Shown: positions 15,521-25,583, counted from the stretch's first letter. The stretch is 32,000 nucleotides of DNA from Thermoproteus tenax Kra 1 (GCF_000253055.1 NC_016070.1:1500001-1532000); one strand, 5' to 3'. Notes: a model not told the origin generated them from the letters alone. A program made the numbers and translations.

Positions 15521-15772
15521 CTACAGCAAGCCCAGCCTGGAGAGGAGGTCAAACGCGTTATTCTCCTTCGCCAACTTCACTATGGCCTTTTTCTCTCCGC
15601 GCGACGTGATGAGCGTGTTCACCTTTTCAACCTTAACTCCGTAGAGCTTCTCAACCTGCTCCTTGATGACGCCCTTAGTGGCCGATCTGTCTACTATAAT
15701 CGTTATCTTGTTCTCCTTCTCCGCTAGCATCAAGGCCTTCTCGGTGAGTACAAATCTGCGTATCACGCTCAT
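15521..15772 (-). CDS. rpl23: 50S ribosomal protein L23 (uL23)
   Basis: MSVIRRFVLTEKALMLAEKENKITIIVDRSATKGVIKEQVEKLYGVKVEKVNTL... is typical uL23. The start is taken at the internal ATG that overlaps the L4 stop (ATGA at 15772-15769), not the ORF-track start at 15814. Confidence 0.9.
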   Translation of the reverse strand: MSVIRRFVLTEKALMLAEKENKITIIVDRSATKGVIKEQVEKLYGVKVEKVNTLITSRGEKKAIVKLAKENNAFDLLSRLGLL

Positions 15773-16620
15773 AGGAACAGCCCCCTGAGCGTCTCTAGCG
15801 ATGGCAACGTCCACAACGTAAGTCTGCCGGGAACGCCGCCCGGGGCCAGATGTAACACGCTCAAGTTTTTGACATAGACCACATCGACGCCTGGCATATT
15901 GCGAGTGGCCCTAATGAGGGGGACGTCCGGTCTCGACACGACTATCAACAAACTCTTTGGGACCTTGTATCTTCTGCCCCTCATTTTGCCGATGCCAGAC
16001 CTTATCCTAATTTTATCGTGCGCCCTCACTACGTCGCTCCAAAGCTTTACCGCTTGGAGGAACTTCTTCGCATCCTCGGCTCTTTCCAGGCTCTCTACAT
16101 CGGCCGAGGCAACGACGGGGAGTTGGTCGACCTCTACTACGTGGCCGCGCGCTTTGACTAGAGAGGGATATGCCGTAGCCGCTATGGCGGATCTTATGGC
16201 CAACCTTCTCTCCTTCTTGTTGATCTCCTCGTGGAGCTTCTTCTCAACGCGCGGCGGGTGGGCCCTTCTGCCCCCCACTGTGTTCGGCGAAAAGCAGCCC
16301 CTTGGCCACAGATGACCCTTGTATCTGGGGATTCTGGCTATACCTAGACCTACGCCAAACGACTGACAGCTATGGCTCCTACCTGCGTCTGGGCTGACGC
16401 CCTTAGGTTGAAATCTAGCGCTTAAGGCACTTAGGTAGGCCCTCCTGATGAGGTCCACTCTGACAGGCTCGAAGAAGTGTACTGGCAACTCGACCTCGCC
16501 CACTTTAGCTCCGTCCCTTCCGTAGACTGCAACTTTGGCGGGAGGCTGCTCCGGTAGCGGCTTGAGATACGGCGCTAGATCCAACCTCTTGAGCTGGAGC
16601 AACAAGTGCTCGACGGACAC
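15769..16620 (-). CDS. rpl4: 50S ribosomal protein L4 (uL4)
   Basis: 283 aa, GTG start. VYGRDGAKVGEVELP...RRAYLSALSARFQPKG...GIARIPR pattern, and its position between L3 and L23. Confidence 0.9.
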   Translation of the reverse strand: MSVEHLLLQLKRLDLAPYLKPLPEQPPAKVAVYGRDGAKVGEVELPVHFFEPVRVDLIRRAYLSALSARFQPKGVSPDAGRSHSCQSFGVGLGIARIPRYKGHLWPRGCFSPNTVGGRRAHPPRVEKKLHEEINKKERRLAIRSAIAATAYPSLVKARGHVVEVDQLPVVASADVESLERAEDAKKFLQAVKLWSDVVRAHDKIRIRSGIGKMRGRRYKVPKSLLIVVSRPDVPLIRATRNMPGVDVVYVKNLSVLHLAPGGVPGRLTLWTLPSLETLRGLFL

Positions 16621-16651
16621 GCCCCCTCGCTCTAGATACTATTTAAATTTT

Positions 16652-17671
16652 CTAAGCGCTTTTCTGGACGGAGAGCCAGACTATCTGCGGCGCGGCGGTC
16701 GGCGCCTTGGGCGGCGGCCTGACAGGGTGTCTGAGGACTATTAGGCGCTTCGGCGGCCCCTGCACGCTTCCAGCAAGTATCACGTAGTCGGTCTTGACCA
16801 AGCCGTAGTGCGGCCAACCGCCCCTTGGGTTGATCTCGGCCGGGTTTGAGCCGATCTTCAAGATCCTTTTGTTGTATTCACTCCTCTGGTGGAAGCCCAT
16901 CTGGCCTGGCCTCGGCTGAGTGAACATTAGGGCCGGGCTCTGTGGGCCTATTGTTCCAGTCCTTCTATGGCCCTTCCTGTGTTTGTGCCACCTGGGGAGT
17001 ATCGTAACGCCGAACCTCTTTATCACTCCCTGCCAGCCCTTGCCCTTGGTGATCCCTATGACGTCGATCAGCTTGCCCTCGGAGAAGACATCGGCTATTT
17101 TGACTTCTTTACCCAATATCTCAAGTCCATACTTTATCCTCTCGTCAATCGACGCAACTCCGCCTATGGGTATCTCGAGGAGCTCAGGCGTCTTTTTGCC
17201 TATGCCAGCTAACCGGGGCTGAGTGGACACTAACGCCCTCACCTCAACCGCCGCGGGCTTGAGTTGGTCCAACAGCTTTAGCCTATCCTCCAAGTTGTAG
17301 CTCTTGGGCAGGGTCTTGACGACTCTGGCAACGTCCCTAGGTATCTCGGGCGTCCAGACCTCGCCTATGCTCTTCCTATAGCCGTTCGTTGGATCTAGGC
17401 TGTACAGCCTAATCGCCAGTATCTTAAGCGGGGGAGCCTCCAGAACGGTGGCGGCCTTGACTATCTCCTTCCCAAAAAGCGGGCTCGTCTGTTTGTCCTC
17501 GACCAATACAGCGTGGATCATGCCTACCTTGTATGCCGCAAAGCCCAACAAGGATGGCTTCCCCAGTTGCGGGTCGGGCCACGTCCTGACTCTAGGCACT
17601 ATATCGCTGGCTCTCTTCCTCGGGTATACGCCCATCGAGCCGCGCCGCGGCCTATGTATCTTAAGGCCCAT
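16652..17671 (-). CDS. rpl3: 50S ribosomal protein L3 (uL3)
   Basis: 339 aa. N-terminal HRPRRGSMGVYPRKRA and GITKGKGWQGVIKRFG are hallmark uL3 segments. TTTAAATAG on the minus strand lies about 25 nt upstream. Confidence 0.95.
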   Translation of the reverse strand: MGLKIHRPRRGSMGVYPRKRASDIVPRVRTWPDPQLGKPSLLGFAAYKVGMIHAVLVEDKQTSPLFGKEIVKAATVLEAPPLKILAIRLYSLDPTNGYRKSIGEVWTPEIPRDVARVVKTLPKSYNLEDRLKLLDQLKPAAVEVRALVSTQPRLAGIGKKTPELLEIPIGGVASIDERIKYGLEILGKEVKIADVFSEGKLIDVIGITKGKGWQGVIKRFGVTILPRWHKHRKGHRRTGTIGPQSPALMFTQPRPGQMGFHQRSEYNKRILKIGSNPAEINPRGGWPHYGLVKTDYVILAGSVQGPPKRLIVLRHPVRPPPKAPTAAPQIVWLSVQKSA

Positions 17672-17743
17672 GGCGCCTTCTTTAGAGGGCTATTTAAAAT
17701 TAAACAAGCGACAACCTTAAAGGTAGTAATCGGGGTCTGTGTT

Positions 17744-18055
17744 ATGAAGAAGTGGGTGTGTTACGTCTGTGGGAAAGATATAGTCGAGGGCCAGATGTTC
17801 ACGTTCACAAATAAAGGCCCAGTCCATCAAGCGTGTCTCCAGAGGGCCATCGCTCCAAAGCTCTACCAGAGCGCGACTGACGCGGCGTTGTTCGAGCTGT
17901 TGTCATTAGCCAACGAGGGTATAGTCAAAATAAAGAGCCTTGAGGAGCTGATCGCCGATGAGGAAGCGAAGAGGCTCGCGGCCGAGTTCAGGAAGAGTCT
18001 GGAGGGCTTCGCAGCCCGTCTGACCAACAAACTCGTCGAAAGGATCGGCGCCTAG
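17744..18055 (+). CDS. small conserved archaeal CxxC protein (DUF2175-like, tentative)
   Basis: The ORF track starts at 17513 inside rpl3. ATG 17744 (MKKWVCYVCGKDIVEGQMFTF...VHQAC) has CTTAAAGG about 25 nt upstream. The C-x2-C...H-x2-C arrangement suggests a metal site, followed by a helical tail. Confidence 0.55.
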   Translation: MKKWVCYVCGKDIVEGQMFTFTNKGPVHQACLQRAIAPKLYQSATDAALFELLSLANEGIVKIKSLEELIADEEAKRLAAEFRKSLEGFAARLTNKLVERIGA

Positions 18056-19758
18056 AGGTCGAGGAAACCTTCCGGCGTTTTTATCTCGATCAACCCCCCT
18101 CTTCTGAGGATAGTCAGAGTTATGGGCCCATTGCTTACGACGAGCAGCTCTCCCTTGCCGCGGACTTCCCTCACGGGCCCCTCAGCTATCTGCGGATACC
18201 TTCTCCTGAGCCTATAAAGGGCCGTCAACGCGCTCATAAGCGCGGGGGCCGGCTTGAAGTCGTCCAGAGGCCTCCTGTTAGTGTGATCCGCCGCAAGTCC
18301 CTCGGCGCAGTGCTCCCCGCCGGCGTAGACGCCCGGGATCCCGGGCATAGAGAATATGAATGCATACGCCATCACGGCTCTCCGCGGGTCGCGCGCCAGA
18401 GAGCAGAACCTATCTGTGTCGTGGTTTTCAATGAAGGTGTACATATAGCGTAGTTGGGAGGGCGCCACCCTCGCGAGATAGCGCCTTATCCTTGATGCGA
18501 AATCGTCTGCGCTTATTCTATCAAGCGCAAAGAAGTCGATAAGGGCCTCGTATAACTCATAGGCCGTGAAGCCGTGGTGGACGCCCAGATACGCCGTAGG
18601 ATCGCCCGTATGCTCGGCGAGAAGATAGTGGGACATCCTCAAGTCGCCTAAGAGCTTCTCCCAGACCCAGGGAGGTATGCCATGAGCTACGTCGAAGCGA
18701 AAGCCGTCGGCTCTATCGCTCCAGAAGGCTAACACCGACTTGGCGTACTGCAGCGCCTCCTCCTTTGAATAGTCCAACCTGGGCATAGTCCACACGCTCA
18801 TAAACGTCTCATACGGCGGAGATCCTCGGAAGAACATCGCCCATTGGGATCTCGGCAGACTCCGAGCGATATCTATGGCGTATTGAGCAAGCTTCTCGTC
18901 TCTTATGAAGAACAATTCCCTTCTGTTGAAGACTCTGGACTTGAGGCCCACATGATGGAGGACTACATCAAGCACTATGGATAACCCCACAGATTTAGCG
19001 CGCGCCCTGAGCTCCTCGTAGGCCTCAAGTCCTCCCAATATATCGTCTACGTCCTTGTGGTCTAGAACATCGTATCGGTGGTAGCTCATTGCGGGATATA
19101 TTGGATGCAGATAGATAGCGTCGGCTAGCTCGGCTATATACTCCACCATATCAGCTATATCCCGTAGAGTCCCGCCGCAGAAGTCTCGCCTCAAGTCCCT
19201 ACAATCGAGACGCCGTTTGACTCTATCGGGCATGACCTCGTAGAGGGCCAACGGAGCCCACCTAGGTCTTGGAAACTCCCTAACTCTTTCAACTCTTATT
19301 GACGTATTGCAACACGCAATGTAGTACGGAGGGCCTCGTATTATCGATTTGTAGAGTACACTTCTTCCAACACGCGCCAACGGCTCAGGCCTTCCGCAAC
19401 GCTCGCCGCAGATGATCGGCTCCTCGACAGCGTAGACGCGAACCTCCACCTCGTCTCCAAAGGTGCCTACGTAGTATGGCGACGGCGCATGTAACAGTGG
19501 ACCTGGCGGCTCTAGATTGCATTTGACTTCGTCCAGCTTGACGCCGCCGACGGAAAGATGGAACGAATAACTGCCGGGCGGCAGCCGCAGCTTTGTGCAC
19601 GACTTACCATTAATCTCGCTTAAGGGAAGACCGCCCTCCAAACCTCCCGTGAGCGAGGACACAAGGTACACTCTCCCCGAAGTCTGCGAGCACACCTCGA
19701 CCTCGGCCACGACGCCGAAATACCAGTCGGGGGCCCACCTCTTGATGGCGCAGTCCAT
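18052..19758 (-). CDS. GH13 alpha-amylase-family glycoside hydrolase (neopullulanase/cyclomaltodextrinase-like) with about 170-aa N-terminal domain
   Basis: 568 aa. GH13 regions I DVVLHH, II GFRFDVAHG, III LLAEH, IV FIENHD, and YEVMPDR at the start of the barrel. Confidence 0.85.
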   Translation of the reverse strand: MDCAIKRWAPDWYFGVVAEVEVCSQTSGRVYLVSSLTGGLEGGLPLSEINGKSCTKLRLPPGSYSFHLSVGGVKLDEVKCNLEPPGPLLHAPSPYYVGTFGDEVEVRVYAVEEPIICGERCGRPEPLARVGRSVLYKSIIRGPPYYIACCNTSIRVERVREFPRPRWAPLALYEVMPDRVKRRLDCRDLRRDFCGGTLRDIADMVEYIAELADAIYLHPIYPAMSYHRYDVLDHKDVDDILGGLEAYEELRARAKSVGLSIVLDVVLHHVGLKSRVFNRRELFFIRDEKLAQYAIDIARSLPRSQWAMFFRGSPPYETFMSVWTMPRLDYSKEEALQYAKSVLAFWSDRADGFRFDVAHGIPPWVWEKLLGDLRMSHYLLAEHTGDPTAYLGVHHGFTAYELYEALIDFFALDRISADDFASRIRRYLARVAPSQLRYMYTFIENHDTDRFCSLARDPRRAVMAYAFIFSMPGIPGVYAGGEHCAEGLAADHTNRRPLDDFKPAPALMSALTALYRLRRRYPQIAEGPVREVRGKGELLVVSNGPITLTILRRGGLIEIKTPEGFLDL

Positions 19759-19784
19759 TAAATAGAGTTTTGAGCTTCATTATT

Positions 19785-21896
19785 ATGGAGTACGCCATTG
19801 GCAAGAGGACCGTGAGGATACGCCTGGGCGGCGTCCCCTTAGTGGAGTTCTCGTTGCCCGAGGGGGAGCCGAGGCCGCGCGTGGAGATATCAGGGGAGGT
19901 CGTCAAGGCCGAGTGTTGCGGCGTCAGCTCTGCGATAACTATCTCGACGGACGGAGGAAAGACCACAATCTCGAAGGAGCTGGCCCTCGACGAGCACGTG
20001 CTCGGGTTAGGCGAGAGGGCGATGCCGGTGGATAGGAGAAGGGCCGTGGCGGTTATGTTCAACTTCGACGCATATGGCCACATTCCCTTCATGGACCCCC
20101 TCTATGTCTCAATACCCCTCGCCATATTCGTGAAAGGGGGCAAGGCGTTCGGCATTCTAGTGAACTCGCCTGCGTACTCAGTGTTCGATATGGGGGTAAG
20201 GAGCTACAGCTCGGCTGTAATCGAGGTGGAGGATCTGCCCGAGATCTACTTAATATTTGGGCCGACCCCCATGGAGGTATTGGAGACATACGCCGAGATA
20301 ACAGGCAAGCCGTTTCTACCCCCTCGTTGGGCCCTGGGGTATCAGATTTCGAGGTACAGCTACGAGCCGCAAGACTATGTGCTCATGGTTGTCGACAAAC
20401 TGTTGTCCGAGGTCCCTCTGGACGCAGTCTATCTTGATATCGACCACATGGAAGACTACAAGATCTTCACGTGGGATCGCAGAAAGTTCCCGAGCCCACA
20501 CGAGCTCATCTCGGAGCTTCACGGAAGGGGCGTCAGAGTCGTCCCCATAGTGGACCCCTATGTTAAGGTTGAGCCCGGATATAGAGTATTTGAGGGGGGT
20601 CTCCGTTATATGATGACGACGAAGAGAAACGAGCTCTATATAGCCAGAGGGTGGCCTGGCCTCTCAACATTGCCGGACTTCCTCAACAGAAAGACTAGGG
20701 AGTGGTGGGCCCAGCTAGTCGAGGCTTACGTAAAGGAGTACGATGTAGATGGCATTTGGTTGGACATGAACGAGCCTACGGTGTTCGGAGCCGATATAGA
20801 GGGCTGGGCCAAGATTAGGTCAGAGGCGGCGGCAGGCCTCAAGCCTATGCCGTTGCCGAGGGAGGAGTTGTTCAAGAGAACCGCGGCCGGGGCTGTACAT
20901 AGACTAGACGACGGCAAAGTAGTGGAGCACGAGAGGGCCCACAACGCATACGCCTACTATGAGGCGATGGCCACCTACGAGGGTCTGGCAAGGGCGGGCA
21001 AGAGGCCGTTCGTGTTATCCCGCGCAGGCTATGCCGGCATTCAGAGGTACGCGGCTGTGTGGACGGGCGATGTTGTGGCCTCGTGGGATGGCTTGAGGGC
21101 AGCTCTAATGGCTGTACTGGGCCTTGCAGCCTCGGGCGTCCATATGGTTGGAGCCGACGTGAGCGGATTTGCAGGCTACAGCGATCCCGAGCTTGTGGTC
21201 AGATGGTATCAAGCCTCTCTATTTTTCCCGCTCTTTCGTCAACATAAAGGCCGGGAAGGCAACGACGTAGAGTTCTTCGCACTCCCCGCTAAATACAGAG
21301 AGGCCGTAATAGAGGCTATAAAGCTCCGCTATAGGTTTCTGCCGTACCTCTGGCATCTGGCGTGGGAGGCCCACTTGACGGGCCGCCCCATAATAAGGCC
21401 GCTCCCACTGGAGTTTCCGGAGGACGAGGACTCCTACTCTGTCAATGATCAATACATGGTGGGCCCCTACCTCATGGTAGCCCCCCACTTGCGCCCGGCG
21501 TCCTCGCGTAGATCGGTATATTTGCCCCCGGGCGTCTGGATGGATTATTGGGGCGGGACAGTCCACTTGGGCCCATCGTGGATCGAAAGCACGGCCGAAA
21601 TACCGCTCTACGTGAGGAGAGGGTCGGCCATATTGGGCGAGGGCCTCCTCATGGTGTATGGGGACGGAAGATGGCTGATATACCACGGAGATGAAGAGGC
21701 GCGCACTATGGAGGTCAAGGCCGCGGGAGACGTAGTGGAGCTCTCCGGCGACGTCGTGGAGATAGAGGAGCTTCTGGTGCTAGGCGCTCGCTACTCACGC
21801 GCCGAGGTCGACGGCGCCGATAGGCCCGTCGTAAACGACACTCTGGGCACTAGGGTCGAGGTAGGGGGACGCGCCCGGGTGATAAAGCTTAGGTGA
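19785..21896 (+). CDS. GH31 alpha-glucosidase
   Basis: About 703 aa. Nucleophile motif DGIWLDMNEP and AVWTGD acid/base region. ATG 19785 is preferred over TTG 19770. Confidence 0.9.
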   Translation: MEYAIGKRTVRIRLGGVPLVEFSLPEGEPRPRVEISGEVVKAECCGVSSAITISTDGGKTTISKELALDEHVLGLGERAMPVDRRRAVAVMFNFDAYGHIPFMDPLYVSIPLAIFVKGGKAFGILVNSPAYSVFDMGVRSYSSAVIEVEDLPEIYLIFGPTPMEVLETYAEITGKPFLPPRWALGYQISRYSYEPQDYVLMVVDKLLSEVPLDAVYLDIDHMEDYKIFTWDRRKFPSPHELISELHGRGVRVVPIVDPYVKVEPGYRVFEGGLRYMMTTKRNELYIARGWPGLSTLPDFLNRKTREWWAQLVEAYVKEYDVDGIWLDMNEPTVFGADIEGWAKIRSEAAAGLKPMPLPREELFKRTAAGAVHRLDDGKVVEHERAHNAYAYYEAMATYEGLARAGKRPFVLSRAGYAGIQRYAAVWTGDVVASWDGLRAALMAVLGLAASGVHMVGADVSGFAGYSDPELVVRWYQASLFFPLFRQHKGREGNDVEFFALPAKYREAVIEAIKLRYRFLPYLWHLAWEAHLTGRPIIRPLPLEFPEDEDSYSVNDQYMVGPYLMVAPHLRPASSRRSVYLPPGVWMDYWGGTVHLGPSWIESTAEIPLYVRRGSAILGEGLLMVYGDGRWLIYHGDEEARTMEVKAAGDVVELSGDVVEIEELLVLGARYSRAEVDGADRPVVNDTLGTRVEVGGRARVIKLR

Positions 21897-22707
21897 CGCA
21901 GGGACCTGCGGGGATAGTGGCCACTATAGTTTGGCCGAATTGAGACAGACGCGTTTTCAACCCATTTGGTTCATCGGTTATAAAAACATGGGAGGGGCCG
22001 GTGCCCGAGACGCCGCCTATCGCGCCCATCTTGAGCGCGATGAGCGTGGGCGTGGGATCGTAGCCAAGCGCAAAGCCATAGGAGATCGCGTTTATAACCA
22101 TGGCCGACTTCCAGTCGCCGCGGAGAGCGTAGAGCACAGCGGCTCTGACTGCGCCGGCCACGGCCCGCATCTCTTCGACCTTCCCTCGGCCCTTTCCCCA
22201 TGGAGGTATCAAGACCACCACATCGCCAGCTACGTCCAAGCGCCTAAGGAGGGCCCTCCCGTTGTTGTCTGTGAGCCACGCCTCGCCGAGCGCGGAGGCC
22301 ACCGCATCATCGAACGCGCCGGTCACGCTTATCCCCACCTTCTTGCTTATTTCGGCGTTCAGCCGCGCGACATCTAAGGGATTTAGCCCGAGCCCGAAGA
22401 GCTCGTTTAACCCCATTATCATGGCGTTCACGGCAGCGCTGCTCGACTTCAGACCGCCCGCCGTGGGCAAATCGCCCCAGAACTTCACAGAGAAGCCGCC
22501 CAGTTTGAACCGCGCGCTTAGCTCCTCTGCAGCTCTGTACATAGGGCCCAAATCGACTGGAGCATCCGAGATTACCTTCAGCTCCCCCTCGCATACCTCT
22601 GCGTTGACTTTGAGCGATATGGGGAACGAGGCTCCCACGCCCAAAGCTAAGGCGTTGATTATGGATCCTCCGCCCCATGCGCACGTCTGTACGCACCTGG
22701 GCATCAC
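21889..22707 (-). CDS. aroK: shikimate kinase, archaeal GHMP-kinase type
   Basis: 272 aa. GGSIINA N-terminus and GHMP motif [15 protein letters not shown]. The start (GTG 22707 or ATG 22704) overlaps the aroC stop. Confidence 0.85.
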   Translation of the reverse strand: MMPRCVQTCAWGGGSIINALALGVGASFPISLKVNAEVCEGELKVISDAPVDLGPMYRAAEELSARFKLGGFSVKFWGDLPTAGGLKSSSAAVNAMIMGLNELFGLGLNPLDVARLNAEISKKVGISVTGAFDDAVASALGEAWLTDNNGRALLRRLDVAGDVVVLIPPWGKGRGKVEEMRAVAGAVRAAVLYALRGDWKSAMVINAISYGFALGYDPTPTLIALKMGAIGGVSGTGPSHVFITDEPNGLKTRLSQFGQTIVATIPAGPCVT

Positions 22708-23798
22708 TGAAGCGGCCGATCCCTCCTTATTAGGCCGGCCCTCAGCGCGTGATCGGCGATTACTATGGCCGCCATAGCCTCCAAGGCTACCAGAGCCTTG
22801 GGCACGGTGGTCACATCGTATCTACCTTTGAACTGAAGCATATAGGGCTCCCTCCTCGCCAGATCTACGGTCTGCTGAGGCTTCCTTACCGAGGGAGTCG
22901 GCTTGAAATATGTCCTGAACCACACAGGCTCTCCAACAGTGATGCCGCCCAACGTTCCTCCGACTTTGTTAGTGGCGAGCCCCACTTTTCCGTTTTTCAA
23001 GACTATGGGATCGTTGGCCTCGCTCCCCTTCATTCTGGACAGCCTTATGCCGGCGCCTATCTCAAAGGCCACTGCGCTTGGTATGGACATCGCCGCCTTG
23101 GCCAGATCGGCCTTTATTTTGTCGAAGGCTGGCTCCCCCAAACCAGGCGGAACGCCAACGATCCAGACCTCCGCCGCTCCGCCTATTGAGTCGCCCTCCT
23201 TGACGGCCTCCACGATTTTGTCCAACATGGCCCTCATGGCGTCTTCATCGACCACCGGGATAGGCTTGCTCCAGGAGGACTTTATGTCGTCTATTGTGTA
23301 TTCTCTGGATATCTGCACACCTCCCAGCTCTACTATGTGGCCTACTACCTCCGCCCCAATAATTGACAGTAGCCTCTTCGCAACGGCGCCGGCCGCCACG
23401 AGAGCCGCGGTGGTTCTCCCGGAGGCTCTGCCGCCACCTCTGTGGTCGTAGTTGGCCCCGTATTTCAGATAGTAGGCAAGATCGGCGTGTCCCGGTCTCG
23501 GCCTCATCCATAGCTCATCGTAGTAGCTCGAGATCACTCTTTTGTTCCAGAGGACTATCGCTATAGGAGTGCCCTGAGTCCTCCCCTCTTTTATTCCCGA
23601 GAGCACCTCGAACTCCTCAGGCTCGCAACGAGGGTTCAAGACCGGGATGTTGCAGAACATCCTTCTGTCGAGCTCCCTCCTTATGTCCTCCTCAGTCAGA
23701 GGAAGCCCGGCTGGGACGCCGTCTATGACTACGCCTATCGCCTTCCCGTGGCTCTCGCCGAAGGTCGCCACCCTGAGCTCTCTGCCGAAGAATGACAT
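22704..23798 (-). CDS. aroC: chorismate synthase
   Basis: [26 protein letters not shown] and GRSSARET-like segments. Start set at the internal ATG 23798 ([10 protein letters not shown]...); the ORF-track N-terminal extension to 23885 would overlap aroE. Confidence 0.93.
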   Translation of the reverse strand: MSFFGRELRVATFGESHGKAIGVVIDGVPAGLPLTEEDIRRELDRRMFCNIPVLNPRCEPEEFEVLSGIKEGRTQGTPIAIVLWNKRVISSYYDELWMRPRPGHADLAYYLKYGANYDHRGGGRASGRTTAALVAAGAVAKRLLSIIGAEVVGHIVELGGVQISREYTIDDIKSSWSKPIPVVDEDAMRAMLDKIVEAVKEGDSIGGAAEVWIVGVPPGLGEPAFDKIKADLAKAAMSIPSAVAFEIGAGIRLSRMKGSEANDPIVLKNGKVGLATNKVGGTLGGITVGEPVWFRTYFKPTPSVRKPQQTVDLARREPYMLQFKGRYDVTTVPKALVALEAMAAIVIADHALRAGLIRRDRPLQ

Positions 23799-23822
23799 AA
23801 AGTATAGGTCTTTCGGTGTTAT

Positions 23823-24623
23823 ATGAAGCTGTTCGCCGTTATAGGACAAGGCGTCAGAGCCAAGTCGGCCTCGCCGGCCATGCACAACGCCTCATTTAGG
23901 AGACTGGGCGTGGATGCTCACTATCTGGCAATAGAAGTTCCGGCGCACTCGCTTCGTTGTTTCACTGATCTGGCCCGCCTCAACTTAGCGGGCTTCAATG
24001 TGACCATCCCGCTTAAGGAGCTTATACTGGAGCACTTGGACGGAGTCAATATGGAGGCCAGAGCCATCGGCGCCGTTAACACCGTGAAGGTTGAAAGAAA
24101 CCTCTTGGTCGGCTTCAATACGGACTTCCAGGCTATATATAGACTCGCTGGAAAGTATATAGAGGGAGGGCGTGTGTTGATCTTGGGCGCTGGAGGTGCG
24201 GCGAGAGCGGCCCTCTATGCAGCCATAAAGGCCGGCGCCGCCGAGATCGTTGTGGCGAACAGGACGAGGGAGAGGGCGTTGGAGTTGGCCAGAGAGTTCG
24301 CCGAAAAGTTCGGAAGGAGTATCAGAGGACAAGAGCTCGCGAATCTGCCGAAGGCCGACGTAGTGGTTAACGCCACTCCGGTGCACGACCGAGTATTGGC
24401 TCCTTTGGACGGAGCAAGGGCCTATGTGGAGTACGTCTACAATCCGCCTAGGACGGCTATGGTGGAGCTAGCGGAGAGCTTGGGCGTTTCCGTCGTGGAC
24501 GGCGTATCCATACTAGTGGAACAAGGGGCAATCGCCGAGGAGATCTGGCTCGGCGTCAATCCCGATAGAGAGATCATGAGGAGGGCCGTCTTAGACTTCT
24601 TGGGTCAAGGCGCCACTAGCTGA
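23823..24623 (+). CDS. aroE: shikimate 5-dehydrogenase
   Basis: 266 aa. [20 protein letters not shown] and GAGGAARA motifs. Confidence 0.9.
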   Translation: MKLFAVIGQGVRAKSASPAMHNASFRRLGVDAHYLAIEVPAHSLRCFTDLARLNLAGFNVTIPLKELILEHLDGVNMEARAIGAVNTVKVERNLLVGFNTDFQAIYRLAGKYIEGGRVLILGAGGAARAALYAAIKAGAAEIVVANRTRERALELAREFAEKFGRSIRGQELANLPKADVVVNATPVHDRVLAPLDGARAYVEYVYNPPRTAMVELAESLGVSVVDGVSILVEQGAIAEEIWLGVNPDREIMRRAVLDFLGQGATS

Positions 24624-25498
24624 ACCGCCTTGCACATTTGGACTATAAGATCGAATAGCTGTTTAAAATCGCCGGCGCGCTTCAAGACCTCGGTCTCTCT
24701 AGCGTCGTCGTAGACCGAGAGGCCCAGCGCCTTTTTAGCCCTCCCTATTTCTCTACATACCTCGAGGCGCATTTTGAGCAAGTGCATCAAGGCGGCATCT
24801 ACGGCATCCAGGGCATCTCTCATGTCCGCGAGAGATCTGAGGTCTCCGTAGACGCCCAAAGACGAATATATAGCCTCCATAGCTCCATAGCCCATCTGGC
24901 CCGGCGCAACGGGCTGTTCCAACGCTGCATACGTAAATGGAGCTCCCATCAGTGGAGCGAAGACCCTCGATATTAGCCCCATGGGCCCCATGGCGAAGGC
25001 TACGACGGGCCTCTCGAACTTGCCCACTAGAGATAAGAGCTTGAAGTTATCGTCCCAAGATCGGGCCATTGTGGCTATCTTCACAACGTCGGCGCCCAGT
25101 GCGATAGCCTCTCTGACCCAACTCTCTAGAGTCTCGCGCCCGGGCGTCTGCGTGAAGTCGTGTTTGCTCAAGATGACCTTAGTTGGGCCCTTGGCCTTTA
25201 TCAGTTCGCCGGCTATCGGCGAGCTCAACTCGACGTCGACGTAGTGGGGCCTCCCCTTTAATGCCCTAAGGTAAAGATCCAACCTCTCCTCCTCGTCACC
25301 TCTGAAATACCCTCCCTCGGACGCCGATCTGATCGTGACTATCGTCGTCTTGCGAGAGGCGAGCTGTTCCAGGAGGGCCAAGACAGGCGCGAGGTCGCCC
25401 CTATAGGGGTCCAGCCTTGCCTCAATACATCTAGCTGAGGAGCTCAATGCCTTCTCTAAATCCTTGGCCTTCTCAACTAGGACGGATGCACAGACCAA
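24605..25498 (-). CDS. aroD: bifunctional 3-dehydroquinate dehydratase (type I) / chorismate mutase (AroQ) fusion
   Basis: 297 aa, TTG start. Residues about 1-215 fit type I DHQase (IEARLD, SKHDF, ADVVKIATMA Schiff-base lysine context). Residues about 220-297 (LADMRDALDAVDAALMHLLKMRLEVCREIGRAKKALGLSVYDDARETEVL...CKAVQ) carry the AroQ catalytic pattern R...R...K...RE...Q. Confidence 0.85.
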   Translation of the reverse strand: MVCASVLVEKAKDLEKALSSSARCIEARLDPYRGDLAPVLALLEQLASRKTTIVTIRSASEGGYFRGDEEERLDLYLRALKGRPHYVDVELSSPIAGELIKAKGPTKVILSKHDFTQTPGRETLESWVREAIALGADVVKIATMARSWDDNFKLLSLVGKFERPVVAFAMGPMGLISRVFAPLMGAPFTYAALEQPVAPGQMGYGAMEAIYSSLGVYGDLRSLADMRDALDAVDAALMHLLKMRLEVCREIGRAKKALGLSVYDDARETEVLKRAGDFKQLFDLIVQMCKAVQLVAP

Positions 25499-25583
25499 TA
25501 CCCCATGGCCTTCCGCGTTCTCCCAATTTTGAACTTTTCTGGCTGAGGACAGAGCCCTCGGCCCTCTGAGTTGGACGCAGCGG

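Noticed and set aside
17513-17743. N-terminal 77-codon extension of the 17513-18055 ORF.
   Set aside because: It lies entirely antisense within rpl3 and upstream of the CTTAAAGG box. The conserved-looking CxxC protein begins at ATG 17744.
614-23511. Many ORF-track entries antisense to or nested in confidently identified genes (for example 614-1036, 4345-4875, 9366-10061, 13168-13740, 13478-13891, 15899-16315, 19610-20092, 21219-21686, 21931-22377, 22262-22777, 22749-23189, 22903-23451).
   Set aside because: Each overlaps a gene with clear family motifs on the other strand or frame. Their translations are R/S/P/G/A-rich or low complexity, as expected from off-frame reading of GC-rich coding DNA, and none has a recognisable motif or a TATA-like box.
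25499-25583. 85-nt gap inside the aro operon with a small hairpin (CAGAG-N9-CUCUG), considered as an internal terminator, attenuator or sRNA.
   Set aside because: The stem is only 5 bp, no T-tract follows, and no C/D boxes are present. It is more simply an intercistronic spacer, perhaps with a weak internal promoter.
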